Below, one piece after another: positions 1 to 11,600 of a stretch of DNA of 64,000 bases. Numbering within the stretch: position 1 is the first letter of the stretch; each line of letters begins with the position of its first letter. The translations under genes were made by a program, and so were the position numbers. The stretch covers positions 142,491 through 206,490 of the forward strand of contig NIVC01000781.1 of NCBI GenBank assembly GCA_002269645.1, read 5' to 3'. Source of the DNA: Macrostomum lignano (Eukaryota). The notes below the pieces were generated by a model. It had not been told where the DNA came from. It was given only the letters and a program-made list of their open reading frames with translations, and searched no databases.

Positions 1-616
1 GACGGTCGTGCTCGGGTGGGCCTAGCGCTGCCACGTTCGCGGTCGTCATGGCGCCGGCGCCACCTGAGCTGTTTTCTTCCATGGCCTGTGCCTGTTGCTC
101 CGCAGCTTCCCTTGCTCGGATTCGCTTCAGTACGTCAGCTAGACAGATATCGTTCAGCTGAAGGAGCTCCCTTCTGATCTTCTCCGATCGGTAGTGGGCG
201 ACCACCTTGTCCCTGATGAGAGAGTCCCGTAGTTCTCCGAATTCGCATTGATCCGCGGCCTTGCGCAGCCGATGGTACCACGCATCGATGGACTCCCCCT
301 CCTCCTGTCTGCAGGTCTCGAATTGGTACCGGAGGAAGACGACGCTGTTTTTCTGGTCGAAGATCTCTTGTAGCTTTTGGATGAGCTCGTTTGTAGATTT
401 TCCTTTTTGAACACTGTTGTCTTCCATAAAGTCTTCCAACTTCTCTCCCGCTGTGTAGACCAGCAACTCCAGCTGTTGTGTCGCATCTGTGATGCCAGCA
501 GCGCGAATGTAGCTATTGAACCTCCGTGCCCAAGTCTTCCATCTCTGGGCTCGTGTGAGTGGATCGCTATCGATATCAAATGCATCTGGTGCAGTGAGTT
601 GCAAAGCTTGGGCCAT
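1..616 (-). CDS. gag: Retrotransposon Gag (partial, open at window edge)
   Basis: Hand translation from ATG at 616: MAQALQLTAPDAFDIDSDPLTRAQRWKTWARRFNSYIRAAGITD...FLRYQFETCRQEEGESIDAWYHRLRKAADQCEFGELRDSLIRDKVV, a Ty3/Gypsy gag capsid pattern. It has no stop before base 1, so it is absent from the ORF track. Confidence 0.85.
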   Translation of the reverse strand, partial: MAQALQLTAPDAFDIDSDPLTRAQRWKTWARRFNSYIRAAGITDATQQLELLVYTAGEKLEDFMEDNSVQKGKSTNELIQKLQEIFDQKNSVVFLRYQFETCRQEEGESIDAWYHRLRKAADQCEFGELRDSLIRDKVVAHYRSEKIRRELLQLNDICLADVLKRIRAREAAEQQAQAMEENSSGGAGAMTTANVAALGPPEHDR

Positions 617-683
617 GTTTGTGTGGCTGGAACCGCGCTGGGTTAGAGAGTGATGATCAGTCAATAGTTTGCTTGCGACGCCA

Positions 684-871
684 TGTAGTGACTCAGACAA
701 AATCGGAGGGTTTGCGAGTGCACGAAGAATCTTAGAAATGGGCCGACTTGCCCTGCAAGTATATTTATATATGTGAAGAGTAAGTGCGCGTGAGTCTTAC
801 GTAATACATTGCAACACGTGACTAATAATATTTGCGCGCCAATATTGTACATCGCACTGAACTACACTACA
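684..871 (-). repeat. 5' LTR (188 bp)
   Basis: TG...CA ends with a 7-bp inverted terminal repeat; adjacent to the PBS. Confidence 0.8.
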
Positions 872-1490
872 GGATTGATTTGGTCATTGAGCCGAGGTTA
901 ATTTGGTCATTAAGCTGGGATTGATTTGGTCATTGAGCTAGTTTGATTTGTTCATTGAACTGGTATTGATTTGGTCATTGAACTGGTATTGATTTGGTCA
1001 TTGAGCTGGGATTGATTTGGAATCGAGTTGGGATTGATTTGGTCATTGAGCTGGGATTGATTTGGTCATTGAACTGGGATTGATTTGGTCATTGAGCTGG
1101 GATTGATTTGGTCATTGAGCTGAGATTGATTTAGTCATTGAGCTGGGATTTATTTGGTCATTGAGCTGGGATTGATTTGGTCATTGAGCTGGGATTGATT
1201 TGGAATCGAGTTGGGATTGATTTGGTCATTGAGCTGAGATTGATTTGGTCATTGAGCTGGGATTGATTTGGAATCGAGTTGGGATTGATTTGGTCATTGA
1301 GCTGAGATTGATTTGGTCATTTAGCTGGGATTGATTTGGTCATTGAGCTGGGATTGATTTGGTCATTTAGCTGGGATTGATTTGGTCATTGAGCTGGGAT
1401 TGATTTGGTCATTGAGCTGAGATTGATTTGGTCATTGAGCTGGGATTGATTTGGTCATTGAGCTGGGATTGATTTGGAATCGAATTGGAA
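872..1490. repeat. 23-bp minisatellite (GGGATTGATTTGGTCATTGAGCT)n
   Basis: Direct tandem periodicity. Confidence 0.95.
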
Positions 1491-1983
1491 TCGAGCCTGG
1501 GCCGCTGGCACATCATAGCGCCGCGCTAGGTCTAAAAGGCTACGCACACAAATCTCCATAGACTGCAAAAGTTTTAAAATAAACAAATAAGACTGAGTTC
1601 TTTAAGCCGATATAAGCATATCTAATTAAATTGATTGCCAAAAATTGCAAAAATCCTTAACGATGACGTGATCAGAATAACAGAACTCGAATAGCAACTT
1701 TATTGGCTGTGTTTAATTAAGAATCTTCACTTTCTTTTATCAAATAGGAAATTTAGAATTTCGAAAACCACACCGCCAGAATTTTGATGAGCGGGTGGAT
1801 TGAGTTTTGCTCAGAATAAATAAAATTTAGAATAAATAATCCTGGTTGAGTACACGATTCATTAGGGGATAAACAGATAGATAGTGGGACAGAATTATAT
1901 TAACATAGCTTTACTAAATAGTTTATAAGAGAAAGTTCAATCAGATCAATCCTTGTACATGTGAACATCAACAACTATCAACA

Positions 1984-2443
1984 TATGACACAAATGACAC
2001 AAACACACTATGACACAAACACATATGACACAAATATGACACAAACACACTATGACACAAACACATATGACACAAATATGACACAAACACACTATGACAC
2101 AAACACATATGACACAAACACACTATGACACAAACACACTATGACACAAACACACTATGACACAAACACACTATGACACAAACACACTATGACACAAACA
2201 CACTATGACACAAACACATATGACACAAATATGACACAAACACACTATGACACAAACACACTATGACACAAACACACTATGACACAAACACACTATGACA
2301 CAAACACATATGACACAAATATGACACAAACACACTATGACACAAACACACTATGACACAAACACACTATGACACAAACACACTATGACACAAACACACT
2401 ATGACACAAACACACTATGACACAAACACATATGACACAAACA
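1984..2443. repeat. 16-bp minisatellite (ATGACACAAACACACT)n
   Basis: Direct tandem periodicity. Confidence 0.95.
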
Positions 2444-2591
2444 TCAAGCATAATATAAAGTATATTGACTAGACATGCTACCGCAATGACTTAACAATTA
2501 AAGCATTCTTAGTTCAATCGTAATTGAATCAAAAGTGCAGATTAAAAATCTAATGAAAAATAGAACACTGCAATAACAAGAGCAACTTTAA

Positions 2592-3400
2592 TGGCCCACT
2601 GACACCGAATATAATGACCCACTGACACCGAATATAATGACCCACTGACACCGAATATAATGACCCACTGACACCGAATATAATGACCCACTGACACCGA
2701 ATATAATCACCCACAGACACCGAATATAATGACCCACAGACACCGAATATAATGACCCACAGACACCGAATATAAAGACCCACTGACACCGAATATAATG
2801 ACCCACTGACACCGAATATAATGACCCACTGACACCGACTATAATGACCCGCTGACACTGACTTTAATGACCCACAGACACATACTATAATGACCCATAG
2901 ACACAAACTTTTATGACCCACTGACACCTATTTTAATGATCCACTGACATTAACTATAATGACCCACAGACACCAAATATAATGACCCACAGACACCAAA
3001 TATAATGACCCACTGACACCAACTATAATGACCCACAGACACCAAATATAATGACCCACTGACACCAACTATAATGACCCACAGACACCAAATATAATGA
3101 CCCACAGACACCAAATATAATGACCCATAGACACAAACTATAATGACCCACTGACACGAACTATAATGACCCACAGACACCAAATATTATGACCCACTGA
3201 CACCTACTATAATGACCCACAGACACCAAATATAATGACCCACTGACACCAACTATAACGACCCACAGACACCAACTAAATTGACCAACTGACACTATAT
3301 AAACGACACACTGACACAAATTGTAACTACCCACTGACACCAAATTTAACAAGCCTCTGACACCAACTTTTACGACCTGACAGAAATTTGACCAACCCAC
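2592..3400. repeat. 23-bp minisatellite (GACCCACTGACACCGAATATAAT)n, degenerate at the right end
   Basis: Direct tandem periodicity; explains the VSVGHY-repeat ORFs. Confidence 0.95.
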
Positions 3401-3528
3401 TGAAACTAATTTTTACAAATGTTTGAGTGTTCTTTTAACAACGAAGCATCCCAGAGTATTAGTCGAAATAAATCGGTCTTACAGAGCGGTCTAAATTCTA
3501 GACAAACTTTTTAAAGCGTCAGTGCCCA

Positions 3529-6500
3529 CTACTCAGCCGACAGCACAAATATTCGTCGGCCTCGTCTATCGGCCACTAAGAACCGATTAGGCGCCAAGGG
3601 CAGCAAATCCGAGCACTCCTGGCAGCTCTGGTCTCGCCACAGATTGTCGCCTTGCAGAGCCGCCGCTGACTGACTACTGCTAGTAGCTGACGAGTTCGAC
3701 TCAAAGAGCATCTCATCTAGTTGGACGAACACGCGGCTAGACTTGATCAGGTAGATGCTGTTGCCGTCTGGCAGGGTGACGAGGCGCGGCTGGCACTGCG
3801 AGTGACCCACTCGGTGTACACCGCGACTTTTTGGACGCTGCTGCTGCTGCTGTTTGCTGTGTCCAAGCGAACTGAAAACGGAAACGTTGTTTTTTTAAAA
3901 TAAAAATAATAAAAATAATTGATTACATCCTTGTCCCGAATGGGCCAGATGTGCAACCGACAGCTCAGCTATTGCGCGGCGCATCTGAAGGCTGCGTACG
4001 GCTGTTCAGCCCTCAATTACCCGACCTAATGCCGGCACCAATTTTACAGCTGGGTGAGCTGAAGCAATGCAGAGTCAAGTGTCTTGCTCAATACGTACAG
4101 GCACGCACTTACACAGGAGTGCACAGCGGCCCTAACTTTGTTCATCGTTAGGCATGTACACTTCACTGCGGTGACTTAGGGTTGGCCCTCAAAGCCGTTA
4201 ATTGCACGAGCAGAGCCAGAGCACATTCCAATTTAGTCCGAAATTAATGACTGCACTTGGAATCGAGGCCGCTGGCACAGCAGAGCGCCCACGCTGGACC
4301 ACTGGTCCACGGCCCCCATCGTTAGCAAGCCCACTATCCAGATAGGTGTAACACACTGCTAGTTTCAGTAGCTGTAAAATGGGTGCCGGCATTAGCTCGG
4401 GTAATTGAGGACTGAACAGCCGTACGCAGCCTTCAGATGCGCCGCGCGATAGCTGCGGCTGAGCTGTCGGTTGCACATCTGGCCCAATTGGGGCAGGTGT
4501 AATCAGTTATTATTAATATTGTACTTTTTAGTAACTCCACATCAAATTTTCGACGAGCACCTCCTAAAAAATTCTTAGGGCCTATGCATAAAGTGATTTT
4601 TACCTGGAACTGTTGACCAGCAGCATAAGTTCGTCTGGCACCGGGTAGATGGCGATCTCATAGTGCTGCTCAGCCGGCTGCTGCAGCACCAGCAGCGAAT
4701 GACCGCCAGAGTTGCGACTGGGATTCCGGCTGCGAATCCTGCGCTGATGTGGATGCTGCTTTTGCGGCTGCTGCGGCGGCGGCTGCTGCGGCGGCGGCGG
4801 AGGCAGCGACAGAATCGCTCGAACTGGCGAGGCAACGTTCAAATCCGCGACAGGTTGGAACTCCGGCCAGCAGCCACCGCGGTGTCCGGAGCCGCGGTCC
4901 AGCACCAGCAGGCCGGCCCTGGGATAGGCCACCAGTACGAGGCGACCGCCACCTGGACAGGTGATGTCGGCAGGCCGGAAACCGGCGAAACGGCTGTGCC
5001 TGCCCGGTCGAAACTGGCGACGCAAACTGAGAGCGGGGTCAGAGAAGCGGGCTGCGTCAGTTTGGTTTGTCATTCTCTTTTGCAGATTCAGGCTTTTCCT
5101 TTCCTTTGCAACTTCGGTTTGGTAAATTTGCCAGCATTTTGTGAAGCATTTTGATTAAGTTTTTGGAGTTGGTAAAGATCCTTGATGCGAAGGTACAATT
5201 ACCTGACCGCTTCGCTACTGTTTTGCACGTCGTCCACCAGCCCGGATATGCTGTTGCCCAGTTGGTCAAGCACCAGCAACTCGCCACCTCTGCCTTCACT
5301 GACTCCTCCTCCGCCTCCCACGACATCGGCTCCAGCATCCTGACAGAAGGTCAGCCGGCACGGATTAATAGCCCAAGCCGGGTCCAGACGAAAGTCTCGA
5401 AGGAATTTCCCGGCGAACGAGTACACCCCGATACTGTTAGGCGGGCAGCCGTTGGTGAGGTTCTCGGCCAGGTAGATCAGGCGGTGCGGGTCGCCAGTGA
5501 AGGCCATAGACAGCGGGCTGCCGCGAGTTTTAACTGTCCAGTGGACGAATTTCTGCTTCTGACGTCTGCGATGCTGCTGTTGCTGTGGCTGCTGATAATG
5601 ATGATGATGACGCTGCACGTGAATCGGCGGCGAGCCGGAAGCTCGAAGATTGTCGAAATCGTCTATCGAAGCCGCGTCTTCGTCGGTGTCGGTTGAGTCG
5701 GGATCATCTTGGTCGTCGGCATCATTGTCGTCGGCGCAGTTCTGGTCGCAGACGACTAGCGAGTCGGAGGCCAGGCGGCCGAGCTGGTTCACTAGCTGGA
5801 CGGCTTCCTGGCTGTGCAGGCGAAAGCGGAGCCGACTTCGCTGCGAGCTGCCACCGCTGTCACTCTGGCAACAGTCGGCTACGGTAGCTGGAAGCTTCAT
5901 CATTGCCCGGAGCGACTGACAAGCGACCAGGAGCTCCTGGCGTTGGCGGCGTAGCTGACGCTGGCGAATAGAGCTGTCACTGCGTTGAGTGGTAGGGTTT
6001 AAAGACTATGCTCAGGTTTGGGTTTGAGGGCGACTCTGAATGGTTTAGCGCGATTCTAATGATGGTTTTTAGAGGCGATTCTCAGGATGGTTTAGAGGCG
6101 ATTCTCAGGATGGTTTTTAGAGGCGATTCTCAGGATGGTTTAGCGGCGATTCTCAGGATGGTTTAGAGGCGATTCTCAGGATGGTTTAGAGGCGATTCTC
6201 AGGATGGTTTAGAGGCGATTCTAACGATGGGTTGAAGGCTATAAAAATCAAGGCTATAAAAATCTCAGAAAGAATTTTAAACGATTCTCAACGAAATCAA
6301 GGCTTACCGGAGACCGTGACGCAAATGCCTGACGAACATAGGTTTCTGACCCAGTAAAAGGGGGTTAAGTTCCCAGTATAGTGCTACCCAGTGAAAGTGG
6401 GGCAAGTCCCTCACCACATGCACAAACCTCTCGTCGTCGCCCGTCCCGTCCGAGTAACTGGCCGCAGCTTCGGCCGCCATCATCATCTGCTCGACTCGGT

Positions 6501-7008
6501 CGGCCAGCGCCGCCAGGCCCGGCCCGTCCACCGGCGCTAGCTCGGCGGCCACCCGGCCAATCAGTCGGCGCCTGTCGGCCTCCAGCACGTCGGCGGCTGC
6601 GTCGAACGTCGCGTCGATGCCGGCAATGAGGCGACTACGAGCGGCGTCGGCCCGACGAACTCGACGTCTGGCACGTCGGACCAGTCGACGCGGCACCCGG
6701 TCGTCATCATCATCATCATCGTCTTTGTCGACTTGCAGCTTCTCGACAGAGGCGGCTCGTCGGTCCGACGTCGACGGAGGTGACAACAGCTGCTGCTCAG
6801 CAACCGGTGTCTGAGCAGACGACGACGCCCGACTGCTGCTGCGAGCGCCGCGACTATCGACGCTTGAATTGGAGCCGACAGCGCCTTCTGCCTGCCGTTT
6901 GAGCAGGCCTGTCCACCGTTTGCGCCACTTCGGCGTCGTCGAAGACGCATCGTCATCTCCGTTCAAACCAGCAGCTGCGTCGACTGCGGCGCTGCCGGAG
7001 CTACTCAT
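3529..7008 (-). CDS. Uncharacterised spliced gene: N-terminal coiled coil plus NHL/beta-propeller-like repeats; exons 7008-6308, 5979-5203, ~5095-4604, 3871-3529
   Basis: GT-AG junctions join the four track ORFs in one frame (GLR|DSSIRQ...; ...NSS|SLGHSK...GHSQCQP). NHL-like segments: SMAFTGDPHRLIYL, INPCRLTF, ELLVLDQLGNSI, RFLVADRRGRRIFVL. The exon 3 acceptor is ambiguous. Confidence 0.65.
3942..4485. mobile_element. Non-autonomous TIR element (PIF/Harbinger-like MITE), 544 bp, in intron 3
   Basis: ~110-bp inverted arms starting GGGCCAGATGTGCAAC; 3-bp TSD AAT (3939-3941 / 4486-4488). Confidence 0.8.
6065..6230. repeat. 23-bp intronic minisatellite (GGCGATTCTCAGGATGGTTTAGA)n
   Basis: Period 23 (6121, 6144, 6167). 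Confidence 0.9.
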
Positions 7009-7289
7009 CTTGGATTTCTTGCCAGCCTAATCTATAGTCTCAATATCGCGATTTCGAATTTGGTTTAACTTCTTGCTCGTAAAATACGACCTATATAATA
7101 GTAGCATTAAGGCCCGAGCAGTCAATCATTGGACGCCGCAATTTTCGAAACTTTGCTTGTTTAACCGACCAATCAGAAGTCGGATTTTTAAGTATCAGTC
7201 TCTTCAGCACTGAGTGATTTTTGTTGAAATTTTATTCGAAAGGTAAATTCACGGTAGAGACTTAGCGACCTAAGCTGAAGAGTCAGCGG

Positions 7290-8165
7290 GAGGACACCGG
7301 CCTGACCCACGGAGGAGTCAGTGGAAAGACACTGGCCTGACCCACTGAAGAGCCAGATAGGACACTGGCTTTACCCACTAGAGTCAGGACACTGGTCTGA
7401 CCAACTGAAGAGTCAGGACACTGGTCTCACTCAATGAAGAGTCAGGACACTGGTCTCACCCACTGAAGAGTCAGGACACTGGTCTCACCCACTGAAGAGT
7501 CAGGACACTGGTCTCACCCACTGAAGAGTCAGGACACTGGTCTCACCCACTGAAGAGTCAGGACACTGGTCTGACCAACTGAAGAGTCAGGACACTGGTC
7601 TCACCCAATGAAGAGTCAGGACACTGGTCTCACCCACTGAAGAGTCAGGACACTGGTCTCACCCACTGAAGAGTCAGGACACTGGTCTGACCCACTGAAG
7701 AGTCAGGACACTGGTCTGACCCACTGAAGAGTCAGGACACTGGTCTCACCCACTGAAGAGTCAGGACACTGGCCTGACCCACTGAAGAGCCAGATAGGAC
7801 ACTGGTCTGACCCGCTGAAGAGTCAGGACACTGGTCTAACCCACTAAAGAGTCAGGACACTGGTCTGACCCACTGAAGAGTCAGGACACTGGTCTAACCT
7901 ACTAAAGAGTCAGGACACTGGTCTCACCCACTGAAGAGTCAGGACACTGGTCTAACCTACTAAAGAGTCAGGACACTGGTCTAACCTACTGAAGAGTCAG
8001 GACACTGTCTGACCCACTGAAGAGTCAGGACACTGGTTTGACCCACTGAAGAGTCAGAACACTGGTCTGACCCGCTGAATAGTCAGGACACTGGCCTGAC
8101 ACTGAAGAGTCAGGACACTGGCCTGACACTGAAGAGTCAGAGGACACTGGCCTGACATACTGAAG
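7290..8165. repeat. 29-bp minisatellite (GAAGAGTCAGGACACTGGTCTCACCCACT)n
   Basis: Direct tandem periodicity. Confidence 0.95.
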
Positions 8166-8653
8166 ATGTTGCAGATTAAAACAGAATAACCAAAGAAAGA
8201 CACAAAAGCCTCAATAACAAGAATATTTTTAAATCCAGGTTAATCCGACCGAGCAGAAAGCAACACGCAATCAAGTCCTTACAGACAGACACAAAACTGT
8301 CCGCAGGACGCGCTCTCAAGCTGCATAGCAACATATCGGACCATAATGTATTTCAATCTAACCGACAATGTCCAAACAGAGGCTATTATCATCAACTTTT
8401 CCAATCTCAGCACAAACACGCGCACGCCAGAAATCTCAACAAAACAGAGGGAACAAATCGGGACAAAAAAATTAATAAATTTAATGACTTGAAAATTGCG
8501 ACATTCTAAGCATTCTTAACTCACTACTGATGCTAGTAGAAATGTAGACATTTTGCTATCTTTTTTATAATTTTCTAAATAGTGAAAAGTCGCAAATTCG
8601 AGTATTAAATTTATCTATTTATTTGCCTTATCAGTTGAATAATAGTTGTTTAT

Positions 8654-11600
8654 TTAAGCGGCCGCCATGGTGACACCGTAGACGCGGATAACTCCGTCGG
8701 TGTAGCCGGCAAACAGAGTCTGACCGTCGGCGCTCCAGGCCAGGCAGAGACAGTCGGGGCTGGTCGGCTTGCGCTTGGCATCGCCAGTTGAGAACACCTC
8801 GGAGCGCAGATCGTCAACTAGGGATTTGTTCTCCAGATCCCAGATCTTGATAATTGGACCGGCGGCGGCGCACAGCCAGTAGCGATTAGGCGAGAACGCC
8901 ATGGCGTTGATGGTGTTGCCAGCCTCTAAGGTGTACAGATGCTTGCCCTCGTTCAGATCCCACAGCATGGCTTTGCCGTCCTTGCCGCCGGAGGCGCACA
9001 GGCTGCCGTCGGGGCTGATGGCCACGGTGTTGAGGTAGCCATTGTGGCCAATGTGATTGGTGCGCAGCTTGCAGTTGGTCAGGTTCCACACCTGAGGTGA
9101 TAATTCGGATGGATTTTGGATACTTTAGTAACTAAGTATTCTTCGCAGACTACTGTTTGACTTATGACTTCTCTCTCTACCATGACTTCTATCTCTCTCT
9201 ACCCTGACTTCTATCTCTCACTACCATGACTTCTATCTCTCTCTACCATGACTTCTGTCTCTCTCTACCCTGACTTCTGTCCCTCTATACCCTGACTTCT
9301 GTCTCTCTCTACCCTGACTTCTATCTCTCTCTACCCTGCTTCTATCTCTCTCTACCCTGACTTCTATCTCTCTCTACCCTGACTTCCATCTCTCTCTACC
9401 CTGATTTCTATCTCTCTCTACCCTGACTTCCATCTCTCTCTACCCTGACTTCTATCTCTCTCTACCCTGACTTCCATCTCTCTCTACCCTGATTTCTATC
9501 TCTCTCTACCCTGACTTCCATCTCTCTCTACCCTGATTTCTATCTCTCTCTACCCTGACTTCTATCTCTCTCTACCCTGACTTCCATCTCTCTCTACCAT
9601 GACTTCTATCTCTCCCTACCATGACTTCTATCTCTCTCTACCATGACTTCTATCTCTCTCTACCCTGACTTCCATCTCTCTCTACCCTGATTTCTATCTC
9701 TCTCTACCCTGACTTCTATCTCTCTCTCTACCCTGATTTCTATCTCTCTCTACCCTGACTTCTATCTCTCTCTACCATGACTTCTATCTCTCTCTACCCT
9801 GACTTCTATCTCTCTCTACCCTGACTTTTATCTCTCTCTACCCTGATTTTTATCTCTCTCTACCCTCATTTCTATCTCTCTCTACCCTGATTTCTATCTC
9901 TCTCTACCCTGACTTCTATCTCTCTCTACCTCGACTTCTATCTCTCTCTACCCTGACTTCTATCTCTCTCTACCCTGACTTCTATCTCTCTCTACCATGA
10001 CTTTTATCTCTCTCTACCCTGACTTTTATCTCTCTCTACCATGACTTCTATCTCTCTCTACCATGACTTCTATCTCTCTCTACCATGACTTCTATCGCTC
10101 TCTCGTTAATAAAATTTTAGGAATTTTAACCCCCCACTACTACGCATTTTTGAAATGTGCCTCTACCTACTCAGAGTTCAGATTCCTACTGTCAAAAGCA
10201 TTCTAATCAAAGAGAAAGACTCACCTTAACCAGGCGATCAACTCCGGCGCTAACAATGATGGGATTAGCGGCATTAGGCGAGAATCTCACGCAGCTAACC
10301 CAATCGCTGTGACTATCCTCAGTGATAGTGTACTTGCACACGCCCAAACAGTTCCACAATTTGATGGTGCGATCGCGCGAGGCCGACACAATTTGACGAT
10401 TATCGGCGCTGAACGCCACGGAGGTGACGTCCTTAGTGTGACCAATGAACCGGCGGGTGGTGGTGCCGGTGGTCAGGTCCCACAGGCGCAGGGTGCCGTC
10501 CCAGGAGGCGGACAAGGCGAATTGTCCATCAGAGGACATGACAACGTCAGACACGAAGTGGTTATGACCACGCAGAGACTTCTTCGGATAGCCATAGCTG
10601 TCACTGCGGGTCAGATCCCACATGATGAGGCTCTTGTCTGCACATTGGGTTGGGTTGGGGTGGATTTTACTCATTATGTTAATCTTATGCATGCAGTTTT
10701 TTAAGCATTGAACATCTTTATCCTATTTTTCAGATTATCAAGCCACTGCACAACACTGCAACCAGAGCAGTATCTACTTATGGCCATTAATGGTTAGGAG
10801 GCAAAATCCAGATTGTAGGTCCCAGATCTAGCAGTGCTGTCTGGATATAACTAATATTTGACTGATGATATTTGATTTTGCTCATTTTGCCTGCAAGAGA
10901 CACATTATTTGCATTTGTAAGTCATCTTATTCAATTTACCAAGAACAATGATCCAATTTGCATTCAAGTTTAAAAGCTTATTTACACTTACTATCATGAT
11001 AAGATATAGGTTACAATATATACATTCATACATGCGCAACCTCCAAAATTCGGTCGGCCGTGCGACTTAGTTTTAACAAAAAATGCGACGTAGTTTTTGG
11101 CTAAAAATGCGACTTACATGTAAAAAAACCCTAAAGCAAAATTACCGCAACTTTGGGTAAACGGCAGGAGTAACTATGACTGTCTTATTAAGCTAAAATG
11201 CCTCGTCAGCTACTTAGTACTACTGCTTGGGTGTTTTTTCGGGTGGGCATTTTTGCGACTTCTTTGGTTGGCCGCCAAATCGGTCGGCCGGATCGGCCGA
11301 CTCGGCCGACTGTTGCGCATGTATGTATACATTGATGATTATTATGGCTAGTAACCTATTAATAAAGGTTTCTAGTCAATTTGTTTGCTGCCAATTTGGC
11401 TGCTAGCAAATAGTGGCACAGCCAAAAATTTAATTTATTTCAAGGGGGGCATTCAGCAATTTCAGGACAAGGGTTTTTCTATCAATAGTAGAGTGGTATT
11501 TCTCTAGAATTTTGAAAAAGAGAAGGGTGGATTTTTTCTTTCAAATTTTGAGAAAGGGGCCCAGGGCTTAGCTGCACTACAACTAGTATACAAAGCAACC

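Larger units (their letters stand above)
1..871 (-). mobile_element. Ty3/Gypsy-type LTR retrotransposon, 5' part (5' LTR + PBS + gag); continues beyond window start
   Basis: 188-bp LTR 684-871 with TGTAGTG...CACTACA inverted termini. On the minus strand it is followed directly by a PBS-like TGGCGTCGCAAGC (683-671) and a gag ORF. Confidence 0.85.

Noticed and set aside
154-585. 143-aa track ORF as a gene
   Set aside because: It is an off-frame shadow of the gag ORF starting at 616.
2550-3400. Cys/Val-rich repeat proteins (VSVGHY...)
   Set aside because: These ORFs arise in several frames from a 23-bp minisatellite. The same applies to ORFs at 17283-17658, 20838-21077, 23564-23821, 26757-27486 and 30451-31027.
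4663-5919. Long plus-strand ORFs antisense to the NHL-like gene
   Set aside because: They are GC-rich antisense shadows with low-complexity translations; the splice signals support the minus strand.
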